64,000 nucleotides of DNA. Source: Eledone cirrhosa. Lineage: Eukaryota. The notes below the pieces were generated by a model. The model was not told the DNA's origin. It saw nothing but the letters and a program-made list of their open reading frames with translations, and did no database searches. This document shows, one piece after another, positions 1-9,700 of this stretch (the stretch's first letter is position 1; each line of letters opens with the position of its first letter). The stretch is from assembly GCA_964016885.1 (NCBI GenBank), contig OZ024744.1, positions 125,736,001-125,800,000 on the forward strand, given 5' to 3'. The translations under genes and the position numbers were made by a program.

Positions 1-235
1 GGAAGCTTGTGCAGTGCACTCTACATGTAAATGGAGTCCCACTGAAGCAGGTAGAAAAGTTCATGTATCTCGAAGCTGTGTTCACGAGTGATGACAGAGA
101 CGGCAAAGGCACAACACACAACAGAAGAAAAGAACAATGACAATTATTATTATTATTATTATTATTATTATTTGTTTTATTAGTTTTATTATAATAAAAA
201 TTGTGCTGTTAGTTTGCTTGCTATACCATCATGTA

Positions 236-328
236 CCCTAACCCTAAACCTAACCCCAACTCCAACTCTGACCCTAAACCTAACCCCAACCCCAACCCCA
301 ACCCTAACCCTAACCCTAACCCTAACCC
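236..328. repeat. Interstitial telomere-like (CCCTAA)n with CCCCAA/ACCTAA variants
   Basis: Direct reading; copy at 36133-36219. Confidence 0.9.
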
Positions 329-1086
329 ACGATAGAAGACGTTCGTTACCGCTGGAGCAACGCAAATTACTCCTCGGTTGACGCCAAAAACGAACGCCTT
401 CTCGACGGCTAGCCGCATTTCGTGATCCGCCTTTCGATTGCGCTTCCGTCGCGGAAAAAGAATTGCCTTTATAGGCCGCCGCCGCCCGACCGGACCCACG
501 ATAGAAGACGTTCGTTACCGCTGGAGCAACGCAAATTACTCCTCGGTTGACGCCAAAAACGAACGCCTTCTCGACGGCTAGCCGCATTTCGTGATCCGCC
601 TTTCGATTGCGCTTCCGTCGCGGAAAAAGAATTGCCTTTATAGGCCGCCGCCGCCGCCCGACCGGACCCACGATAGAAGACGTTCGTTACCGCTGGAGCA
701 ACGCAAATTACTCCTCGGTTGACGCCAAAAACGAACGCCTTCTCGACGGCTAGCCGCATTTCGTGATCCGCCTTTCGATTGCGCTTCCGTCGCGGAAAAA
801 GAATTGCCTTTATAGGCCGCCGCCGCCGCCCGACCGGACCCACGATAGAAGACGTTCGTTACCGCTGGAGCAACGCAAATTACTCCTCGGTTGACGCCAA
901 AAACGAACGCCTTCTCGACGGCTAGCCGCATTTCGTGATCCGCCTTTCGATTGCGCTTCCGTCGCGGAAAAAGAATTGCCTTTATAGGCCGCCGCCGCCG
1001 CCCGACCGGACCCACGATAGAAGACGTTCGTTACCGCTGGAGCAACGCAAATTACTCCTCGGTTGACGCCAAAAACGAACGCCTTC
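326..1086. repeat. 169/172-bp GC-rich tandem array, 4 full copies plus a partial
   Basis: CCCACGATAGAAGACG starts at 326, 495, 667, 839, 1011; the 3-bp length difference is one GCC triplet. Confidence 0.95.
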
Positions 1087-1433
1087 CGGTTCGGGCGACG
1101 TAAAAGTCTGTAGCCTTTTCGACGATTATCCGCCTTCCGAACAACCGCCTTTCCGCCGTCACAGCAGTAGGTACTCGTCCGTCGTAATAGCCGTCATTTT
1201 AATGCAGGAGAAACGCCTAAATGCACTGCGATTGACGACGATCTACGACGCGCTTACTCTTCCTTGCTGCGACGAAGGTTTCGTTCGGCTTTTCGTCGTG
1301 GACCCGGTCAGGTCATGCCGCTGATCTCGCGTTGCGTCGTTACCGCTGGAGCAACGCAAATTACTCCTCGTTTAACGCCAACATCGAACGCGCTTCGGTT
1401 CTCGGTCGTCGTTGTTTTGTTTCGTGCGGAAGA
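1087..1433 (+). other. CpG-rich 5'ETS-like leader
   Basis: Lies directly upstream of the 18S-like start; contains a partial copy of the 172-bp motif near 1337-1392. Confidence 0.45.
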
Positions 1434-1617
1434 TACCTGGGTGATCCTGCCAGTAGTCATATGCTTGTCTCAAAGCTTAAGCCATGCAAGTGGAAGTTCA
1501 TGCCGTAAACGAAAATGGTGAAACCGCGAATGGCTCAGGAACCGGATCTAATCCTCGGGACCGTATTCCTCACCGCGAGGAGAGGATAACTGTGGCAATT
1601 CTAGAGCTAATACATGC
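1434..1617 (+). pseudogene. 18S rRNA 5' end, diverged and truncated
   Basis: TACCTGGGTGATCCTGCCAGTAGTCATATGCTTGTCTCAAAG..TTAAGCCATGCA, GTGAAACCGCGAATGGCTCA and GGATAACTGTGGCAATTCTAGAGCTAATACATGC occur in canonical 18S order. Confidence 0.93.
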
Positions 1618-1624
1618 AATTGAG

Positions 1625-4600
1625 ATCGGAGAGGGAGCGATCCGTCTGCTTGATTCCGATAACGAACGAGACATTCGTATCCGAAAGAACGTTTGTCTGG
1701 AAACTGGTGCAGTCAGTGAGTCGAAAAAAAAATATCTCGGTGGTAGTAGCAAATATTCGAACGAGACATTCGTATGCGAAAGAACGTTTGTCTGGAAGTG
1801 GCGATCCATGCCCGGTGGATAGTTGGTTCCGGGTTTTACTATGATTGTTGCAAAACAGAAACTTAAAGGGATTGACAGAATTTGCGATTCCGGAGAGGGG
1901 GCGATCCGTCTGCTTGATTCCGATAACGAACGAGACATTCGTATCCGAAAGAACGTTTGTCTGGAAACTGGTGAGTCAGTGAGTCGAAAAAAAAAATATC
2001 TCGGTGGTAGTAGCAAATATTCGAACGAGACATTCGTATGCGAAAGAACGTTTGTCGGTGGTAGTAGCAAATATTCGAACGAGACATTCGTATGCGAAAG
2101 AACGTTTGTCTGGAAGTGGCGATCCATGCCCGGTGGATAGTTGGTTCCGGGTTTTACTATGATTGTTGCAAAACAGAAACTTAAAGGGATTGACAGAATT
2201 TGCGATTCCGGAGAGGGGGCGATCCGTCTGCTTGATTCCGATAACGAACGAGACATTCGTATCCGAAAGAACGTTTGTCTGGAAACTGGTGAGTCAGTGA
2301 GTCGAAAAAAAAAATATCTCGGTGGTAGTAGCAAATATTCGAACGAGACATTCGTATGCGAAAGAAAAATATCTCGGTGGTAGTAGCAAATATTCGAACG
2401 AGACATTCGTATGCGAAAGAACGTTTGTCTGGAAGTGGCGATCCATGCCCGGTGGATAGTTGGTTCCGGGTTTTACTATGATTGTTGCAAAACAGAAACT
2501 TAAAGGGATTGACAGAATTTGCGATTCCAGAGAGAGGGCGATCCGTCTGCTTGATTCCGATAACGAACGAGACATTCGTATCCGAAAGAACGTTTGTCTG
2601 GAAACTGGTGAGTCAGTGAGTCGAAAAAAAAATATCTCGGTGGTAGTAGCAAATATTCGAACGAGACATTCGTATGCGAAAGAACGTTTGTCGGTGGTAG
2701 TAGCAAATATTCGAACGAGACATTCGTATGCGAAAGAACGTTTGTCTGGAAGTGGCGATCCATGCCCGGTGGATAGTTGGTTCCGGGTTTTACTATGATT
2801 GTTGCAAAACAGAAACTTAAAGGGATTGACAGAATTTGCGATTCCGGAGAGGGGGCGATCCGTCTGCTTGATTCCGATAACGAACGAGACATTCGTATCC
2901 GAAAGAACGTTTGTCTGGAAACTGGTGAGTCAGTGAGTCGAAAAAAAAAATATCTCGGTGGTAGTAGCAAATATTCGAACGAGACATTCGTATGCGAAAG
3001 AACGTTTGTCGGTGGTAGTAGCAAATATTCGAACGAGACATTCGTATGCGAAAGAACGTTTGTCTGGAAGTGGCGATCCATGCCCGGTGGATAGTTGGTT
3101 CCGGGTTTTACTATGATTGTTGCAAAACAGAAACTTAAAGGGATTGACAGAATTTGCGATTCCGGAGAGAGGGCGATCCGTCTGCTTGATTCCGATAACG
3201 AACGAGACATTCGTATCCGAGAGAACGTTTGTCTGGAAACTGGTGAGTCAGTGAGTCGAAAAAAAAATATCTCGGTGGTAGTAGCAAATATTCGAACGAG
3301 ACATTCGTATGCGAAAGAAAAATATCTCGGTGGTAGTAGCAAATATTCGAACGAGACATTCGTATGCGAAAGAACGTTTGTCTGGAAGTGGCGATCCATG
3401 CCCGGTGGATAGTTGGTTCCGGGTTTTACTATGATTGTTGCAAAACAGAAACTTAAAGGGATTGACAGAATTTGCCATTCCGGAGAGGGGGCGATCCGTC
3501 TGCTTGATTCCGATAACGAACGAGACATTCGTATCCGAAAGAACGTTTGTCTGGAAACTGGTGAGTCAGTGAGTCGAAAAAAAAATATCTCGGTGGTAGT
3601 AGCAAATATTCGTATGCGAAAGAAAAGATCTCGGTGGTAGTAGCAAATATTCGAACGAGACATTCGTAGGCGAAAGAAAAATATCTCGGTGGTAGTAGCA
3701 AATATTCGAACGAGACATTCGTATTCGAAAGAACGTTTGTCTGGAAGTTGCGATCCATGCCCGGTGGATAGTTGGTTCCGGGCTTTACTATGATTGTTGC
3801 AAAACAGAAACTTAAAGGGATTGACAGAATTTGCGATTCCGGAGAGGGGGCGATCCGTCTGCTTGATTTCGATAACGAACGAGACATTCGTATCCGAAAG
3901 AACGTTTGTCTGGAAACTGGTGAGTCAGTGAGTCGAAAAAAAAAATATCTCGGTGGTAGTAGCAAATATTCGAACGAGACATTCGTATGCGAAAGAACGT
4001 TTGTCGGTGGTAGTAGCAAATATTCGAACGAGACATTCGTATGCGAAAGAACGTTTGTCGGTGGTAGTAGCAAATATTCGAACGAGACATTCGTATGCGA
4101 AAGAACGTTTGTCTGGAAGTGGCGATCCATGCCCGGTGGATAGTTGGTTCCGGGTTTTACTATGATTGTTGCAAAACAGAAACTTAAAGGGATTGACAGA
4201 ATTTGCGATTCCAGAGAGAGGGCGATCCGTCTGCTTGATTCCGATAACGAACGAGACATTCGTATCCGAAAGAACGTTTGTCTGGAAGTGGCGATCCATG
4301 CTCGGTGGATAGTTGGTTCCGGGTTTTACTATGATTGTTGCAAAACAGAAACTTAAAGGGATTGACAGAATTTGCGATTCCGGAGAGGGGGCGATCCGTC
4401 TGCTTGATTCCGATAACGAACGAGACATTCGTATCCGAAAGAACGTTTGTCTGGAAACTGGTGAGTCAGTGAGTCGAAAAAAAAATATCTCGGTGGTAGT
4501 AGCAAATATTCGTATGCGAAAGAAAAGATCTCGGTGGTAGTAGCAAATATTCGAACGAGACATTCGTATGCGAAAGAAAAATATCTCGGTGGTAGTAGCA

Positions 4601-4735
4601 AATATTCGAACGAGACATTCGTATTCGAAAGAACGTTTGTCTGGAAGTTGCGATCCATGCCCGGTGGATAGTTGGTTCCGGGCTTTACTATGATTGTTGC
4701 AAAACAGAAACTTAAAGGAATTGACAGAATTTTCG
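1625..4735 (+). repeat. rRNA-derived satellite, modal monomer ~318 bp with 0-3 internal ~54-bp subrepeats
   Basis: TTGGTTCCGGG recurs at 1823, 2141, 2460, 2777, 3095, 3413, 3772, 4144, 4313, 4672; contains the 18S motifs GAAACTTAAAGG(G/A)ATTGAC, CGATTCCGGAGAGGG, TTCCGATAACGAACGAGAC and the 28S motif GGTGGTAGTAGCAAATATTC. Confidence 0.92.
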
Positions 4736-4754
4736 AATCGACATCAACTCGGCT

Positions 4755-5104
4755 ACGGCTATCCCGTCGAGTACGAGAGTATCGCGGGATCAGAGCAACG
4801 GTTTGCTAGGCTGACTCTGAGCGATAACGGCTGAACGCCTCCTCTAAGCCGGAACCCTAGCCGGACCCGAGTTGTTTTTCGACAAGCGTCTCGACCTTCT
4901 TAAGGCCCATGCCTTAGTTTGGCGATTGCCGTCCGTTCGCCGACGGCGGCAGCGTCAGCGGAAATGCCATTCTGTGACGACTACGACGATTCGTCGTCGT
5001 CGTCGTCCATTCGATTTCCTGAAAGAGATAGAGACTAAAGTGATCAAATTGTTCGGAGTTACGTGCTTAGTAGAGCAGCTACCACACTGCAATCTATTGA
5101 GAGT
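4755..5104 (+). pseudogene. 28S rRNA 3' end, diverged
   Basis: AGTACGAGAG (sarcin-ricin-loop-like) at 4770, GGCTGAACGCCTC..TAAGCC at ~4830-4850 and AGTAGAGCAGCTACCACACTGCAATCTATTGAGA at ~5069-5102, in canonical order. Confidence 0.85.
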
Positions 5105-5849
5105 TTTCTGACGAACGATACAATCCGCCCACGTGGCGCCAGAAAGGGAGAAGAAAAGAAAAGTTAGACGCCGCCGATCGATCGGTTCGTTGTTTTACGT
5201 GTACACAGCTTGTGTGTGTGTCTGTATGTGATACAAGCCGCCTATCCGTCTTCCAAGTAAGTTTTGTGTGTAGACTGCGGAAAGAAATCCAATCCGCCGT
5301 CTAGGCGGTTCTGCCGCCGACCCATACTTTTGCGAGTCGCTCCCGGGAAAGACAGGCGGCAAGACGGCGTGTATACACGACGCCTTCCGTCTTCCGCCTC
5401 GAACCCGGCAAACGTTCCTTTATTCGTCCACGCCTTCCCGCTTCGATCGCGAGAAAGTAATCAATCTGTTTTGTGTGTGTGTCTGTGTGTGATACAAATT
5501 TGTTTTCTTAATTTGATAACCATGAATTGTTTCAACACCGGCCCTTTTAAGGGCCACTTATATTTTCAATAATCAGTTTAAATGGGTTGCACCGTAGCCA
5601 CTTGGTAATACACTGCAAATCTCCCGTCAATCTATGAAGGTTTTGTAGTAGATTAGATCAAAACACAATCAGCAAGACAGTAATGGAATGAATAATATAA
5701 ACATTTGTTTATAATTAAAGCCTTAAGATGTCCCTCCCTCCCTCCCTTCCTTCCTTCCTTCCTTCCTTCCTTCCTTCCTTCCTTACGATATACACTTTAA
5801 TAACATTGAAACTTATTTAATAAGTTTAAATTTTAAACACTTTTTATTC

Positions 5850-5985
5850 AGACGTACCGCGATAAGTAACTAGATATGTTCTAACGAATAATCCGCGATG
5901 TGGCGAGGATTACCGCGATAGGAAATTAGATACGTTCCAAAGAAATATCCGCGAAAAGTGAACCGCGATATAGCGGGTTCACCAG
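5850..5985. mobile_element. Possible pogo/Tigger-like MITE end
   Basis: Repeated CCGCGA motifs ending in GAACCGCGATATAGCGGG; resemblance only. Confidence 0.3.
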
Positions 5986-5987
5986 CC

Positions 5988-6048
5988 AGTGTATTACTGG
6001 TACTTTATTTTATCGACCCCCATAAGGATGAAAGGCAAAGTTAACTGT
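5988..6048 (-). mobile_element. SINE fragment
   Basis: Reverse complement of the SINE core seen at 20243-20370. Confidence 0.75.
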
Positions 6049-6140
6049 GCAATAACAAAGGGAGATAACCTCGTCTTTTATTTTTTACGGAGTTATTTCC
6101 CTTTAAATTTTATCTATTACTTATGATGATACAATTTAAT

Positions 6141-6272
6141 CAGTTCTTAGCTGTCGAGACACTGCATCCTTTAAAACCTCCATGGAACAAGCTACCTGCA
6201 ACAGTTGTTAGCTGTCGAGACACTGCATCTTTTAAAACCTCCATGGAACAAACTACCTGCATCAGTTGTTAG
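6141..6272 (+). repeat. 61-bp tandem dimer derived from the CR1 ORF2 3' end
   Basis: Translates to WNKLPATVVSCRDTASFK, matching WNKLPASIVSCRDTASFK in the 22727-25492 ORF. Confidence 0.8.
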
Positions 6273-6275
6273 GGT

Positions 6276-6330
6276 CTGAGTTCAAATCACGCCGAGGAGG
6301 TTAACTTTGCCTTTCATCCTTACGGGGTCG
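6276..6330 (+). mobile_element. SINE fragment, truncated at GGGGTCG
   Basis: CTGAGTTCAAATCACGCCGAGG..TTAACTTTGCCTTTCATCC with a B-box-like GTTCAAATC. Confidence 0.75.
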
Positions 6331-6539
6331 GTCGGAAAACGAACCATTCCCGGTTCGCTTTCGAAGCGGGTTTCCGAAAACAGCGCTTCTCTCGACCGGG
6401 CCCGTCGTCCGCTCGGCGGTGGTTTTCATCGTCCCAGGCACGGCTAACAGGCGGAGACGGGACAAACGCGCGTGTTCCTTTTTTTATCAGCCGCAGCGCC
6501 GTTCGTATATATGCTTAGGTTGTTTTTTTTTTAAATATC

Positions 6540-6771
6540 CTAAGTTAAGTTGGGGCTAAGTTAAGTTGGGGCTAAGTTAAGTTGAGGTTAAGTTGAGTTG
6601 GGGTTAAGTTAAGTGGGGGTTAAGTTAAGCTGGGGTTAAGTTAAGTTGAGGTTAAGTTAAGTTGGGGTTAAGTCAAGTTGGGGTTAAGTTAAGTTGGGGT
6701 TAAGTTAGGTTGGGGTTAAGTTAGGTTGGGGTTAAGTTAAGTTGGGGTTAAGTTAGGTTGCGGTTAAGTTA
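6540..6771. repeat. 15-bp G-rich minisatellite (GGGGTTAAGTTAAGTT-like)
   Basis: Direct reading; copy at 42284-42515. Confidence 0.9.
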
Positions 6772-9700
6772 CATTCGCCGCCGGACTTCAGCTTCCTCAT
6801 TTAGCATGGGCAGTTTTTCTTGAAAATCACACCACACACAGCAAATGTGTGTCCGCACATGTACCAGTAATTACAGATCGATTCCGGTGAAAATTCACTG
6901 AAAACGGGCCATCCGGCCCTGTGCGTCGATCGTGGGCCGGCCGGATGTTGACGGATCGATGTGTAATTAGAAGTACATGTGCGGACACTCATTGGCTGTG
7001 CGTGGTATGCATTTCAGCAAGATATCTCCGTAACATCAAGAGTTATGGCTGTGGAGGCACACCTAGTCAAACGTAAACAAGGTCTGGAGCGTTTACGCTT
7101 CGCGATTTTGTTTACGTTTGACTAGGTGTGCCTCCACAGCCACAACTCTTGATGTTACGGAGATATCTTGCTGAAATGCATACCGCGCACAGCCAATGAG
7201 TGTCCGCACATGTACTTCTAATTACACATCGATCCGTCAACATCCGGCCGGCCCACGATCGACGCACAGGGCCGGATGGCCCGTTTTCAGTGAATTTTCA
7301 CCGGAATCGATCTGTAATTACTGGTACATGTGCGGAGACACATTTGCTGTGTGTGGTGTGATTTTCAAGAAAAACTGCCCATGCTAAATGAGGAAGCTGA
7401 AGTCCGCCGGCGAATGGTGTGCTTCGAAGAAAACTAATTCGAAAATGACCGTTTGCAGGCGGAGTAACCTTTTCGATCGTGGGCCAGCCGCCCGTGGTGG
7501 GATCCATCTGTAATTACTGGTACATGTGCGGACATACATTTGCTGTGTGTGGTGTGATTTTCAAGAAGAACTGCCCATGCTAAATGAGGAAGCTGAAGTC
7601 CGCCGGCGAATGGTGTGCTTCGAAGAAAACTAATTCGAAAATGACCGTTTGCAGGCGGGGTAACCTTTTCGATCGTGGGCCAGCCGCCCGTGGTGGGATC
7701 CATCTGTAATTACTGGTACATGTGCGGACACACATTTGCTGTGTGTGGTGTGATTTTCGAGAAAGACTGCCCATGCTAAATGAGGAAGCTGAAGTCCGCC
7801 GGCGAATGGTGTGCTTCGAAGAAAACTAATTCGAAAATGACTATTTGCCGGCGGAATCACCTTTTCGGTCCTGGTCCGGCCGGATCTTGCCGGATCGATC
7901 GGAAATTTGTGGACCATGTTCGGAAGGCCATTGTGCATGTGTGGTGAAAAAAATTTGTGTCGAAATCTTCTCGGAAAATAACGGATCGCCGGCGGAGATT
8001 GCCATTTCGATCGTGGGCCGGCCGGATCTTGTCGGATCGATTCGGACATATGTGCATCGTGTTCGCAAGGCCCTTGTCTATGTGTGGTGTGATTTTCATA
8101 AAGAAATTCCGAAAAACCCAGTTTTAAATCTGATTTCGCCAAAGAATTTTGGCTATCAGATCGGGTTGAAAGGTATGGTTTCAGGTCGATCTGAAAGTCT
8201 AAAATGGAATTCACTCGGTTAGCTAACTATTGATATTTCGGAGATATCTTTCTGAAAATCACACCACACACTCCCAATGAGTGTCTGCACATGTACCAGT
8301 AATTACAGATGGATCCCACCACGGGCGGCCGGCCCACGATCGAAAAGGTTACTCCGAAGCACACCATTCGCCGGCGGAATTCATTTAGCATGGGCAGTTT
8401 TTCTCGAAAATCACACCACACACAGCCAATGAGTGTCCGCACATGTACCAGTAATTACAGATGGATCCCACCACGGGCGGCTGGCCCACGATCGAAAAGG
8501 TTACTCCGCCTGCAAACGGTCATTTTCGAATTCGTTTTCTTCGAAGCACACGATTCGCCGGCGGACTTCAGCTGCCTCATTTAGCATGGGCAGTTTTTCT
8601 CGAAAATCACACCACACACAGCAAATGTGTGTCCGCACATGTACCAGTAATTACAGATCGATTCCGGTGAAAATTCACTGAAAACGGGCCATTCGGCCCT
8701 GTGCGTCGATCGTGGGCCGGCCGGATGTTGACGGATCGATGTGTAATTAGAAGTACATGTGCGGACACTCATTGGCTGTGCGTGGTATGCATTTCAGCAA
8801 GATATCTCCGTAACATCAAGAGTTATGGCTGTGGAGGCACACCTAGTCAAACGTAAACAAGCTCTGGAGCGTATACGCTTCGCGATTTTGTTTACGTTTG
8901 ACTAGGTGTGCCTCCACAGCCACAACTCTTGATGTTACGGAGATATCTTGCTGAAATGCATACCACGCACAGCCAATGAGTGTCCGCACATGTACTTCTA
9001 ATTACACATCGATCCGTCAACATCCGGCCGGCCCACGATCGACGCACAGGGCCGGATGGCCCGTTTGCAGTGAATTTTCACCGGAATCGATCTGTAATTA
9101 CTGGTACATGTGCGGACACACATTTGCTGTGTGTGGTGTGATTTTCACGAAAAACTGCCCATGCTAAATGAGGAAGCTGAAGTCCGCCGGCGAATGGTGT
9201 GCTTCGAAGAAAACTAATTCGAAAATGACCGTTTGCAGGCGGAGTAACCTTTTCGATCGTGGGCCAGCCGCCCGTGGTGGGATACATCTGTAATTACTGG
9301 TACATGTGCGGACACACATTTGCTGTGTGTGGTGTGATTTTCGAGAAAGACTGCCCATGCTAAATGAGGAAGCTGAAGTCCGCCGGCGAATGGTGTGCTT
9401 CGAAGAAAACTAATTCGAAAATGACTATTTGCCGGCGGAATCACCTTTTCGGTCCTGGTCCGGCCGGATCTTGCCGGATCGATCGGAAATTTGTGGACCA
9501 TGTTCGGAAGGCCATTGTGCATGTGTGGTGAAAAAAATTTGTGTCGAAATCTTCTCGGAAAATAACGGATCGCCGGCGGAGATTGCCATTTCGATCGTGG
9601 GCCGGCCGGATCTTGTCGGATCGATTCGGACATATGTGCATCGTGTTCGCAAGGCCCTTGTCTATGTGTGGTGTGATTTTCATAAAGAAATTCCGAAAAA

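Noticed and set aside
236-328. True chromosome end
   Set aside because: Short, degenerate, and internal to the repeated unit, with continuous upstream sequence
1823-2140. Selective retention of universally conserved rRNA motifs in the satellite
   Set aside because: Probably ascertainment bias, since conserved motifs are the ones recognisable without the host rDNA sequence
1625-4735. CRISPR-like array of repeats
   Set aside because: No unique spacers, monomers near-identical, no cas genes, eukaryotic context
1434-5104. Functional 18S/28S rRNA genes
   Set aside because: Only terminal fragments; interior is out-of-order repeats; no 5.8S; changes at conserved positions
7081-7107. Viral hairpin-telomere or protelomerase concatemer junction
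   Set aside because: Loop never appears inverted among 11 copies; no replication or resolvase gene nearby
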